Below are positions 1-12,322 of a stretch of 64,000 nt of DNA, in pieces. The stretch spans positions 5,456,001 through 5,520,000 of the forward strand of contig OZ210885.1 of NCBI GenBank assembly GCA_964658305.1, in the 5' to 3' direction. Origin of the DNA: Leptogorgia sarmentosa. Its lineage: Eukaryota. The notes under the pieces were generated by a model, which saw only the letters and a list, made by a program, of their open reading frames with translations, did not search any database and was not told where the DNA came from. The stretch's first letter is position 1, and each line of letters opens with the position of its first letter. Made by a program: the position numbers and the translations under genes.

Positions 1-1134
1 CGTTGTATTAGCGCAGATTTTGCCTATACACATACACATATACTTGTACACATTGAGCGAACATAAACGAGACTGGAATTACTCATGCATGAAATGGCGC
101 GATTTATTCTATAAGGTCACTTTTATGTGAAACATCTCGCGCAGTCTAACCTTAATGCCACAAAACAACTTATTATCTATGTACTTACTTTGGTTTGCTA
201 ACGCACCAAACTTAGCTCCTTTTACAGCGTAGACTTAGCGTGGCTTCTTCCTAAGCCTGGGTAGATATAGTCTTCTTAACGTGGATAGAACTTGGCTAAT
301 ACGAAGCCCAAACTACTATTGCTTACTCACAAGCGTCCGCGTTAACGACTTATGGCCGAATGAACACTGTAGGCTATGTAAACTGTTTTAGCGCAAAAAC
401 AACCGGAATTTACTGAGCAAACAACATTTTACAACAACTCTATGTTTTTCGCAACGGATATAGCGTATCTAGGCTTGGAAACCGCATTGCGCATTTGCTA
501 ACCATACTTGCGCATTGCTGACCATGGCTGCATATTTCCCATGGGAATCTAGCTAACTGCGGAAAATAACAAACTTGTTTGTTTTCTTTCGAATCTTTCG
601 AATACGCTGCTTTGACCTTCCGTTTCGAAACCAACAGTATTGCAACTCCTGCCTTCAAAAAATAGCAGGAGTGAAACACCAGTCGCGTGTAAATCAATGA
701 TTATCCGCAAATTGGCGCTTGTAGAGACTATTAGGTAACAGACTAACAAAATCGTAAAATCTTTTAGTAAGTGGGATTCTTTGCTTAAATTTTTTTAAAA
801 AATAATGAAAAATGACCAGAATTTCGACGAGAGAAAGGAAAATAAAAAAGGAATAATTTAAGTTTAGTTGGAAAATGATTTGTCCATTTTATGGAAATTT
901 TTAGTCCTGCTCAGCAGGACAAGCAGGACCAGCAGGACCTCTAGCTACGCCACTGCCTGTTCCTTACAACAAAAAATGCAGACTGTTTCCCCCCAAACGG
1001 CAGTGAATGTTCATGTAACATCCTCAGGTAACACTAGACCAGTGTTGTAAAGCTTTTTCTTGCACATATCTTGACAATTGGTCGAAATAAATGAAGGAAT
1101 GTGCAAGCGGGAAAAAACAAACAAAAATGCTTCG

Positions 1135-1337
1135 AAAAAACAAACATCACGTCCTAGGTCAAAACCGGAAGTGAACTTACGTCACTCTCACGTCGTTTTA
1201 GAAGTCGCGTCATGTTTTCTAAATCTATCCAAAAATTCTTGAAAAAAACAAACATCACGTCCTAGATCAAAACAGGAAGTGAACTTACGTCACTCTCACG
1301 TAGTCTTGGACGTCTCATCGTGTTTTCTAAATCTATC
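1135..1337. repeat. Two diverged ~95-bp direct repeats (period ~108 bp)
   Basis: AAAAAACAAACATCACGTCCTAG...GGAAGTGAACTTACGTCACTCTCACGT...TGTTTTCTAAATCTATC occurs twice. Confidence 0.8.
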
Positions 1338-3968
1338 TAATGTTTACGATGCCATCAAAGGTCAATGTTAACAACCACCTCCTTCCGCATGTCTTGACAC
1401 TTTGTGTTTGTTCTCTAAATTGCTCATCACGTCTCGGTCGTGAATAGCTCTTCATGGGTGTTCTGTTATTGTGCATGTCACGTGCTTCGTATTCTTTAAC
1501 TTTTGCTTCAATAGAAGTTCAGTCGGTACCGCCGTTGGGCTTTCCGTATAAATATAGGGCACGGAGCACCTCAGCTTGCATTACCGACCTCACTGGAAGA
1601 GCACAGGAGTTCGATCAAATACTTGAAGAATTGGTTGATTAACGCAGAACTACGCCAAATTTGTAAGTGTGCATACTACCATTTTCAACTTTTTGTGAAT
1701 GTACAATAGTTTTTAGAAAGTTGTTGAACTGGACAATTTAAACTGGCGTTTATGTTGCCGGCATTTCCAACTAGGGACCTTCATCCGAGCAAATGAGGTC
1801 GCGTTCGTTTGTATTTCACTGTAGAAATAGCTTTCAGGAAGTTGGGTATAAATTGAGACTCATATAACACAAACCTCGGTCTTGATAATTCTCAATATCT
1901 TACGCAACCTCATTCAATAATTTGACTAGAAGTTACTATCGCAAGGGAAGTGCTGCCTCGACTCAACCACAGCACCACAGTCTGCCCATTCAATTGCCAT
2001 ACATGTTCACAAAGCGTCATAATAAGATCTTATTATGTGAACTGATGTGTCTGAGAGAAAACTTGTAACATGATACATCGTCATGATGGGCATCGCGCAG
2101 ACAATCGCTAATGCATGCTTCTCGTCGTTGTTCGCTCGAAGACAATCGCTAATGCTTCCCTTCACTTCGGACGAGCGAATGTGATAAAACTCGCTCGCTT
2201 CGACACATAGCTCAATATATGTATCGCCAATAACATTATAACTTATCAATCGCCAAATGTTCGGCATTTGTCGCGCCGTCACAAACCATTTGATTTCACA
2301 TCTATATGACTATTGTCGGAAACCATCGTCAATGTCGCGCTGCCACAAACAAAAAAATTTGATCTCAGATCTATATAACTCACTCGGAATCAGTCGTCAA
2401 ATCCTCGGCTGCCACAAACATTTCCGATCTCGAAAAGTGAGGGTCGTATCAAGATTAGCAATAACATTGGATAACGAAATACGGGGAATGCGAGAAATGC
2501 AAAAGGTACGGAAGCAATCCGTCAAGACAAAGCATTGGTTATTACATTGGTTAGACTTGAATGTAGACATACTATAATACACGCAGCCAACAGGTGGGAA
2601 ATTTGTCGGCGCTGACCACAATATCGCGGGCACATTGTGTTTACATTCCAAAACATGGCAGAAAGTTAGCAAACGACTGTTTTAGCTGACGAATTTTTGC
2701 TTTTTATTCAAATGATGTCTAACTTAGTGCTTAATCTTTTAAAATCGATCATGAATTCCTTGTTTTGCTGTGGTTTTTTTTGCAATCGAGTGCGTGGAAG
2801 AAGTAAATATGGCGACGTTAAAATAGGAGCAATTGAGTGGCAAATACCGTAAATGTCGAGATGTGGCTTGTTTGAAACCGTAATGACTAATCAACGAGGA
2901 AAACGTGATATGAGAATGAAATGAAAGTTGAAATTATTCTTTTTATTTCTCAAATTTCCCATAATTTGTTTGTTAGTGTAACTTGTGCGATTTATACTCG
3001 AAGTACTAGCTCGCGAAATTTGACGAATTTTGAAAATTTGTGAAAATAGCTTGACTTTGAACTGTATTTTTGTAAAAATCGCCGGTGGCCTCAATTTCAA
3101 ATATAGCTAAATGAAAAGAAACACTTCTTTGGCGTTTAGTGGTACCAAACCTATCAACAGGAAAATAGGGCCTCATGATGCTTTACTTAAATGTTTGAGA
3201 CCCACTTGCTTCACGCGTGTTGTGGTCAAATTCTGGCCAAGAATCAAAGACCCAAAAGTTAGTTTACATCATCAAATCTGCTTCGAGAAAGGTCTAGTTT
3301 AAAAATATAGCTTTTAATTTAGATTTCGTGAGCATAATTTGGTTAGAAATGAAATATTTTTGTATTTGATGAGATTCAAAATTTTGTGTTTATTCAAGTC
3401 AGGCTTCAGTGTAATTATAATGATAACCGGCAATGAAATGAAGATATTTCAAAAACTGGCGGTGGCCTCACGATGAAACATTCCAAAAATACTCTCCATT
3501 TCATGTATTTTCTTGTGATACTTTACTTGTAAGCGTCAAAATAGGGCCTTGAACAGGCCCGGGGTTTGTATTTTAGCCTTCGGTAGAAGTGAAATCTCAC
3601 GCCTCATCACAAGTTATTTTGCTCCGCCGTGATTTGTGCTCTGTCGCTGATATTTAAACCTTTACGACATAAATATTGTCATCCTCGTTAGGATACGAAC
3701 ATTGCACAGAAAATTCTAATTATTGCAGATTAACTTGTGACTGTAAACAGTAGGTAGAAGTATGCCATTCAGAATCGACACAAGATTTGTTTTGATTGTT
3801 CGTGAAATGTACATTTCTTCTTCCCGCAAAATACACGCACGTCTCGTGGGGATTTCCCGCGCATGCTCAGTCAATTTTCCCACCTGTTCACGCAGCCGGG
3901 TTTGGTTTTAAGTTCCCTATAATTAGGTAACACAGTAGGCTTCTCGAATCCCCAGTATACTTCTTAAT

Positions 3969-4333
3969 ATCATTGTAGTCAATTTCCTGGACGCTGATTG
4001 GCTAAACATTAATTACACAGGTGTGTAATTAATATTTCAAAATTCAAATACCACACTTCGAGCCCGCGATACATTATAAAAACAAATAAATAAACGCTTA
4101 TCAACGCTAAAATTCTTGTTTTTTTTGTCATTTATTGTCAACTTTGGACAAAAAAGTTTAGTGAACGTGTACTACAATGATATTAATACGAAATTACACT
4201 TGTTCTCGAAGTATTAATGAAAAATTGCACTTGTGTTTGGCGAAATACCGCTCGTGCTTCGCACTCGCGGTATTTCGCCAAACGAGCGTGCAATTTTTCA
4301 TTAATACTTCTCGAACCGTGTAATTTCCTATAC
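3969..4333 (+). mobile_element. Independent copy of the TAAT-flanked palindromic element
   Basis: Largely identical to 38969-39353 with unrelated flanks, again bounded by TAAT...TAAT. Confidence 0.75.
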
Positions 4334-4428
4334 TAATCCTTGGCGAAAGTCAGTCGTACAAATACACCTCCTGTGTTTCCGGTCTTTGTCTGAAGGATTA
4401 TTTAGTTTAAACAACGCCCATCAATGAT

Positions 4429-4692
4429 TATAAAAGGCTTGTCACTACAACGCTTGGACATTCAATTCGCCCTCAACTGGCTGGCTACTGGGAACACTTA
4501 CTTGTTGATCTTTGTCGAATAGAGGAAAAGATGTAAGACACTGCCGAAGATTTTATTTCCAGCATGTGTGCAATCGTTTATAGTCGTTGTTTACTAGTTG
4601 TCGTGCGCAAGATATCCTAAACTAATGTTCTTTGTTGAACATTGTCTAAAATTACGTCCTTTATTTCCTTCCTTTTCTTAAGATTGTGAAAC
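4429..4692 (+). promoter_or_regulatory. Candidate TATA box, short non-coding first exon and 5'UTR intron of the crystallin-like gene
   Basis: TATAAAA at 4429-4435 and Inr-like TCAATTC ~30 nt downstream. Donor GTAAGA at 4533. Pyrimidine tract plus AG acceptor ends at 4682, 10 nt before the ATG at 4693. Confidence 0.5.
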
Positions 4693-6054
4693 ATGACGGA
4701 TGTGGCAGTTGAATTGATGAATACAACAACCGGTTTACGAACCGCGCTCAGCGTCAGCAGCCCAACAATAGAAGGCAGCGGATATGACATGGCAGAGCTA
4801 AAAAATGGGAAGTGGGTCCTTTACGACGGAGAAGGTTACCCTTCAAGTGGTAAATACCAGATTTTGGACACCTTGGGTGAGCAGTCCCTGAATTTTTCAC
4901 CCAAATCTGCCAAGAGTTTGGCATATCAGGAAGAAGCGTTGGTTCTTTTTTCGCATCCGCACTTCGCTGGAAAAGAAAGGGTTAGTATGAGAAAGTTTGA
5001 TTTACTCCTTGCTTTGTCTCCAGGGTTTATAACAAGGTCGCTAATTACTTGTGCTGCTCCAAGTTGGTCAGAGAACGTATCTAATTATTTATAATGCCAT
5101 TTTTTTTTGCATGCATGAGTTTTTTTTCATTTCTGCCATTATGGTCCCCCCCCTAAGCTCGACTGCCTCCATCGAAGTTATGTCGAGCTTACCCATTAAG
5201 TTCGACATCGGGCGACGGACGTTGGTGCCATAGTGGTTAATTTCCGTGCCTTCCACCTCTGTGACCCGGGTTCGATTGAGCAGTTATCTGATTAAAAATA
5301 TCACCCCAGTCACATCTGGGAAGAGTGCTTCCAGTTTGACTTTGCCAAACGTCGCAGGTTTACTCCTGTAGTAACACTGGACCAATGAGGGATGGCCTTC
5401 ACTGGATCTCTAGGGAGAACAGTTTAGTAAAATTGATAGAGCTATCCAGTATAAAAATAGAGTATTGTTATTATTATCTGTTTTCATTGTCGGGTTTACC
5501 ATGCGCCGAATTCAATTCAAATGAGCAAGGAGTATGAACAAAGTATGATCGAACGAACCATTGACGAAAAGAATCTGGGTTTTTTTCATTTGAGAATTAC
5601 GCGTGAGTAATTCAATTCGACGTTTGAACAATCTTTGTGTCATTGAAAATTGATTTGACGTCTTTGTTGAAATTTGCAGCTTTAATTTTCCAAAAATTGG
5701 CCTATCAGCTTGTTGCATGTAAGCGCTTTTCGAAATTCTGTTTAACATCTGCATACCAGGATATGCTACGCGACAGTGAAACGTGATGTAGCTATAAGCT
5801 AGGTACTAAAATACTTGCATTATTTATTTTTTCAGTTGTATACCTCTGCTGACACTGACATCACAAATGACTTTCCTCAAAACCCACCGGACGGTGTATC
5901 TTCGTTAATTGTTTGGCCAGCTGGAACTTGGACGGTCTACAATAAACCCGGACTTAGTGGGTCATATGCTGACATGGGAACGGGCTATCATGCGAATCCT
6001 ACCGACATACCGGTTGGAGAAGATCAAATTGCAAGTGTGGCTCCAAAGCATTAA
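4693..6054 (+). CDS. Spliced ~168-aa protein with beta/gamma-crystallin-like Greek-key motifs; coding exons 4693-4980 and 5836-6054
   Basis: Exon 1 ends ...HPHFAGKER at AGG|GTTAGT (4980/4981). A polypyrimidine tract and ttcag acceptor end at 5835, and the frame continues in phase 0 as LYTSADT...DGVSSLIVWPAGTWTVYNKPGLSG...DQIASVAPKH*. Motifs GxWxLY, LFxHPxFxG, VSSLIV..GTWxVY and DQIASV resemble beta/gamma-crystallin Greek keys (recognised by eye). AATAAA at 6150-6155. Confidence 0.7.
5215..5477 (+). mobile_element. tRNA-derived SINE in the crystallin-like gene intron
   Basis: A-box-like GGTGCCATAGTGG, B-box GGTTCGATT (5269-5277), unique body and (TAT)n-type tail at ~5463-5477. Confidence 0.6.
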
Positions 6055-7344
6055 ACGAACTCAGAACTCTTTTCATAAAGATTTTCCTTTTCATAGCAAA
6101 CGTGTTTACAAACACTTCAATTGACTTCATATTTTTGTAACTGAATTGCAATAAAAAAAACTTTCACCAAATCTGACAGGCGTGGCATTGATGTGTAAAT
6201 GTTCTGCACTGGCACAAGAAATTGGGCCCGTTTTGACGAATTCGGTCACTCATGCGACATGTTTGTGCAAAGTATATTCAACATTTGCAGCATTGCGATG
6301 GAATGAAGATTCATCTACTCAGTGAGTTCGTCAGTGACTGGTGTTCACAATTCGTAATTTTTGGGGGTGTACGAGTGTGACCATCTCGCACTATTTCGCT
6401 TCTTGCAATCCGATTGGTCGACGCAGCAAATTTTTTTTCCGTACCCAGTCGGACTCCTCTTTTATTAGCGTCCAGACTCTTTCACTTGATCAATTGATGA
6501 TACTAACACTTACCCAAACGGTAGTTCTCACCCTAACCTTGTCGACAACAAGGTGATACCAACGTTGCTTGGACGTTTTTTCAGGACGTTGCATTCACGT
6601 TATCCAATGTTTCAACCTGGAATTAGCGTTGATTTCCTGATGTCACTTGCCAACCAAAATTCAACGTTTTTTCAACATTATTTATAGGACGTTGCATGAA
6701 CGTTATAGAGTTGACTTTTTTTTTAACGTGGAATTAAGCGGTACGTGATTTCTTTTTTTACCAACTAAAATTCAGTTTCAACATTGTTTTTAAGACGTTG
6801 GATCAACGTTATAGAATTGACGGTGTTTTAACGTGAAATCTGCGTTGATTCTTCGACGTTACTTCATATTTGATGTAAACTGGCAACCAACATTTTCAAA
6901 ATGATATAAAAATAGAAAATTAAAAGAGTTTATAAAAGCACGAAGAGCAAGAACAAGAATGAAAAAGATACAGGTTAGTAGAAGGTAAAATTAGATCGTT
7001 TTAACGTATTAAAATATGGTTTTAAATCCTTCAACCAGAGAAATTATACAAAAATACGCCAAAGGCGGGAAAATGTGCGAAAAATACCAAATTTGTAGAC
7101 CTTTAGAATTCACAGTACCTTGCGAGTGTTTCATGAAGTCTGTAGAAAGTTTTTTTTTGAAGATAAGTATTGCGTGTGTTACTTAATCTTACCATTTCTC
7201 ATGTGTATAAATATTTAATTGAACATAATTTTTCGTCTTTTAACAATGAAAAACATTACTGACATACGTTGTGCCAAATCTAATAATTTTTTTAACATGT
7301 ATAGTGGAAGTAGTTCTTTATTTGAATTAAAATCCCATTTTAAC

Positions 7345-7660
7345 ACCTGTGTGAACACATGAAGCTGCACATGTGTGAATTCACATGTATAAGACGTGAA
7401 CTCATCTGAGCATTCACATGTCGGGCTTCACATATGTGACGGCTTGAAATATTTGATAATTATTCACGTGTGTGAACAAATTCATGTCTGTGAAATTTCA
7501 CACACGGGAAGCCTTCACATGTTTAAGCTTTCACACATGTGGAAATTCACATGTGTAGATTCACATGTTGCAAATTAACATGTTCAATTTCTCGCATGTG
7601 GAAATTGACATGGGTAGATTCCCGTGTTCTAAATTCACATGTTCAATTTAACACATGTGA
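7345..7660. repeat. CACATGTG/TTCACATG-rich degenerate tandem repeat (also ~13820-14135, 24493-24806, 37340-37938, 52178-52496, 60318-60577)
   Basis: Dense recurrence of (TT)CACATGT(G)(AA) every ~10-21 bp, downstream of each ZnF gene. Confidence 0.85.
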
Positions 7661-8962
7661 AAAGGGGAAGTTTCCTTGTCTAGTTCATCTAGGCGTACAT
7701 TGGGGCCGAAAAAGAAAAATTTCATTTTTTTCTATATTGCACACCTTTGGTTAAATTTTTACCGACGACCGCTCTTAAACGCAAGTGTAATATGGGCGGG
7801 AAAATATGCGAAACAAACAAACAGGCAGTCGAATGTTGCTGTGGGCAAATACAACTCTAGCGACACCCATTTTCCCCGCACATGCATTACCATAATTTAT
7901 GATTCGATATCAAATTACACTAGTTAATTTTTAATTAATATGAATTGCCATTAAATATCAATTTACAGTTGTACCCAAACTCCATTATGTGATGGAGCAA
8001 TCCGACTATAATATATATACAATAGAAAAGATATATGCATATAAGAAAGTTTTGTCCGGACGCGTACGAAATGTTTGAGTCAAAACTTCAATTTTTCAAC
8101 CAATATGAAACTCCTCTTATTAGTAAATTCGTAGCGTTATATTGGTAATTGTTGTTTTAGTGGTATCACCGATATTGAAGATTTTATCCTTGAATGAAAA
8201 CGTTGAATGGTTGGGTGAAAATGTGCATAGCTTTCCTTAGAGCTCTTACAGGGGACATTTAATATTAATAATATTAAATTAAAATATTTAATATATCAAT
8301 GAACCACTAAAACCACAATGCAGCACGTTATCAATAAAGGAAATACAGTACTAGAAGGTGGACAAGCCATATTAATATAAGTTGTCATCAGAAATTGTAC
8401 GATTGTTTGATCCTGTGTTAGGACAAGTGGACGAACGAATATCTTCGAAAACTGATACAGCGTAGTGGGAAACAAAGTCGTGAAACCCCACAATTTTTGA
8501 ACGAATGATTTTCTGATTTAATTCAATAATTTTGAAAAAATTTTAAAAATCTAGAAAATGCCGAATTTTCAACGAATCTTCAATGACGTCTTTTTCGCAA
8601 CTCAGTGAAATCGGAAAAAAGCGTCAACCACAAATAGAAAGGCACAATATCAATTTTTACACGCGTTCAGCCGAACGTGTAATGACCACATGTGAAAATT
8701 AACAGCTTACCTGAAATTAAAAATTTGAATTTTTTGTGACGTCATACGAGAAAATCGCATTTTCGTCGCTTTCCCTTTGGTAATTTTTTTGAAACATTGC
8801 GGGCTTAAATGAAACCGCAAGGTGTATATGTTTCACGTTTATACGTTGTATCAAGAGGAAATAAATGATATTCAAGCGACTAAACATTTTGTTAAAACAA
8901 CTAGGGAGCCACCTTGTTCTTGTTCCACTTGAGCAACGAAATGTCATACCGCATTGTTCACA

Positions 8963-10048
8963 TTAAAAAGGTCTTTCTCCAGTGTGCACTCGTTCGTGTG
9001 TCTTTAAGTGACTTGATTGACTAAATGTCTTACCACATTGTTCACACTGGAAAAGTTTTTCTCCAGTGTGCACTCGTTCGTGTGTCTTCAAGTTACCTGG
9101 GCGACTAAATGTCTTACCACATTGTTCACACTGGAAAGGTTTTTCTCCAGTGTGCACTCGTTCGTGTCTCTTTAAGTGACTTGATTGACTAAATGTCCTA
9201 CCACATTGTTCACACTGGAAAGGTTTTTCTCCAGTGTGCACTCGTTCGTGTGTCTTCAAGTTACTTGGGCGACTAAATGTCTTACCACATTGTTCACACT
9301 GGAAAGGTTTTTCTCCATTGTGTACTCGTTCGTGTGTTTGTAAGTTGATTTGCTGATTAAATGTCTTACCACATTGTTCACATTGGAAAAGTTTTTCTCC
9401 ATTGTGCACTCGTTCGTGTCTCTTCAAGTTACCTTTTTGACTAAATTTCCTGGCACATTGTTCACACTGGAAAGGTTTTTCTCCAGTGTGCACTCGTTCG
9501 TGTATCTTTAACCTGCTTGGGCAACTAAATTTCCTACCGCATTGTTCACACTGGAAAGGTTTTTCTCCAGTGTGCACTCGTTCGTGTGTCTTCAAGTTAC
9601 TTGGGTGATTAAATGTCTTACCACATTGTTCACACTGGAAAGGTTTTTCTCCAGTGTGCACTCGTTCGTGTGTCTGTAAGTTGATTTGCTGATTAAAAGC
9701 TTTAGCACATTGTTCACATTGGAAAGATCTTTCGCCAGTGTGAATTCGTCCGTGTGTCGCCAAATGACTTTTATCTTTGCATGCTTTACCACATTGTTGA
9801 GAGTCTGTTAAACGATAAAAGAATTAGGGGTGAACAGGAAAATAAAGGACAATACTGAATATTTACCATTTTGACTATTTGCTCAGTGGTTTTGTGAATG
9901 GTTGTTTGTATAGTGAAAAACGTTCATTAAACTTACAAATATAATGATCATCATCAGGAATTTCTTCTTCAGTGTCATTCGGACATTCAGTACGGATTGT
10001 AGATTTTCTCGTAATGTGTGAGGGGTGCGGGTGCGACACATCCCCCAT
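8963..10048 (-). CDS. PRDM9-like copy 1, PR/SET-deleted: SSXRD-like exon + 9 intact C2H2 fingers (~317 aa); exons 10048-9937, 9804-8963
   Basis: Exon [37 protein letters not shown] ends in a phase-1 GTAAGT donor. After the aacag acceptor it reads (Y)SQQCGKACKDKSHLATHGRIH, in frame with the finger ORF. TAA replaces the Gln codon of finger 10. Could be a pseudogene. Confidence 0.7.
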
Positions 10049-12322
10049 TATCACAATCTGAAAAAGGTAGAGTTAAGACTCTAAAATTGGCCGTTTCCAG
10101 CGATCTGCTCTCTAAATTCAAACGATTGAAAATTCAATCTATTTATCCGTAAAAACATTCTCGTTGGGATTGTTTTTACCGACCAAACATTTTCTATTGG
10201 AAATCAATCCTACTACATTTCAAAAATGCAGTTGCAAATTGAAACGCTAATATCTTGAGCAATACTTTACGAAAATACATGTATTATACGTCAAAATTTA
10301 AGTTGGGCTTTTATGAATTCAGCTACATTTATTTGAACGATGTAGTGCTTATGCTTTCCTCACTTTACTAAGGGGCTGTATACATGAGCCCGGTTTGGCT
10401 GGCCCGATTCAACGAGGCGCCCGGCTTCATACTAATTTCTTATTAATTATAACAATTCGACTTTACATGCAAACCGGGCTAGCCCACTTAGGTGGGTTCT
10501 CACTTGACTCAAACGGGGCGCCCGGTCAACCGGGATGAATTTTTTCTTTGTTTTTGTAAAAAAAAGCCGAAATTTTGTTTTTATGTTGAAAAAATCAAGA
10601 TGAAAAGGCCGAATTTTTGTACGGCTGAAACGGTTTCACAATCCCTATAAAAAAGCACAGTTTTTTTCAACCCGAAAGGTAAATCTAATTCCTTTTTTAT
10701 GCAAACAATTGAATAAAATATTTTCTAAAAAGACTACCTTTCAAGTTTCAAATGAGATTTTCGAGCTCTGAAGATCTGTGTCGCTTCATTTTTAACTAAC
10801 TAGAATAGATGTCGCTACTTCTTCAGTCGTCTTGAAGGCAGCAAATGATATCAGAATGTCAAAAAAGGATGAAAACCAAAAAATCCTTTGCAAAAACCAA
10901 AAATCCAAAATATTTTCGCAAAAAAAAAACTTTAGCAGGCTCAAAGTTAGTTGTGGTCAGTGGTGCTCCAATGAAAATTAGGAACCAGCTAGTGGCGTGG
11001 ATTTGAATGAATCCACGCCATAATTTTGGCTTCACTTTTTGTTGCCGTGCATTCTCTCCAGTAATTCTTTAAGCTCAGTGATTAAAGTCGTTTCGTATAC
11101 AGGCGGGCGGGAGACACATAATTTTTGGCGACCTAAAAATTTAGTGCTTCTTTGGTGCCGCACTAAATGGTTTATATCGTCCAGACGAATAATTCGTCTC
11201 CCGCCCGTCTTTATGCGAAACGATTTCAAGACATGTTAAAATGCTGGTTGGCCAAAGTCGTCCAGACACATTATTCGTCTGTAAAAACGGCCGTTACGTA
11301 AATATTCTCACTTCGTATCATCGTATCATGATAACAAGTTATAGTTTCAAAAATGGACGGGCATTCTATAATTTGACCTTTGGTTTATTTTGTGAAAAAT
11401 ACGTGCACTTGGACTACAGTCACTATATATATAGTCATGTTGCAATTGTTCCTAAATATAAATATACAAATACATCCAGACATCACAAAATGTAAACAAT
11501 ATAAACTGCGATATATAAACAATGCAGTCCGGAAATCATTTCGTTGATGAATGATAAGGCCTTAAAATATCGGCCAGCAGGCAGTCTGACATTCATAATG
11601 AGTCGGACATTTTAAAAATTATCTCCGATGGCCATGAGGCTAATTTTAAAATCATGTTGACAGTATAGGCTGATTACCACTTGCACGTGTTTTTAAATTC
11701 AGCACGTTCACGCACGTAAAGTATGAAATAACCGAATAACGACTGACAAATTACTGTGTAATGAAGCGAAAATAAAGACATATACGAGCCAAAATAATGT
11801 AGCAAACAAAGGCGTGGCAGAACGCTGTGCAACCGGACAGTAAGGCGCGTTTTAAACGTCGAATTTCTGTCGCATTGAATGCAATTCAAACAATAGAAAA
11901 TGAAATAACTTTGCTCATTAACTATGGTTTGAATTTTATTAGGCGCGACGAAAATTTGAGGTCTAAAATGGGCCTAAACAACATAGAAACATACCTGAAG
12001 AATGACGATTTTTGCTAGGTCTTTGAATATTCAAAATCATTCAGACATTCACAGATTCACTTCAGCTGGCCGAAAGAATCGCTGTCGGATAATGTTCGGA
12101 ATAGCTCGGAAATTAATTGGTCCTTCGAACTTCCAAAGTAATTTGAAACAATTAAAAAATTTTCCTCTTTTAGCTGAACATTCGAATTAAGAAAATAAAT
12201 TAGCACAGCTAGAAAAGACTAATAAATTTGGTAAAATAAATGCGAATTTGGACAGTATTGTATACGCGTATTCGCCAAATTCATCTCGAGTGCGCCGTAA
12301 AGACGTGATAATTGAGGATAAC

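Noticed and set aside
2007..2672. ORFs at 2.0-2.7 kb and a degenerate ~65-70-bp triple repeat (GCCACAAAC, ~2268-2432)
   Set aside because: No domain similarity recognised; likely an old repeat remnant with undefined ends.
4981..5094. 3' part of ORF 4693-5094 (VSMRKFDLL...) and the N-terminus of ORF 5815-6054
   Set aside because: Intron read-through beyond the GT donor at 4981 and before the AG acceptor at 5835.
10371..10535. TAA-GGGGCTGT(T/A)TACATG Harbinger-like terminus (also ~18090, ~55480)
   Set aside because: The matching opposite TIR was not found, so boundaries cannot be supported.
10990..11021. 11-bp hairpin TGGCGTGGATT/AATCCACGCCA next to CTAG as a Helitron 3' end or terminator
   Set aside because: The hairpin abuts CTAG without the usual spacing and no 5' end was found; intrinsic terminators do not apply to this context.
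11032..12190. Short ORFs recurring in each unit's upstream block as a possible KRAB exon or separate gene
   Set aside because: No KRAB-like motif, and frames are broken by different indels in different units.
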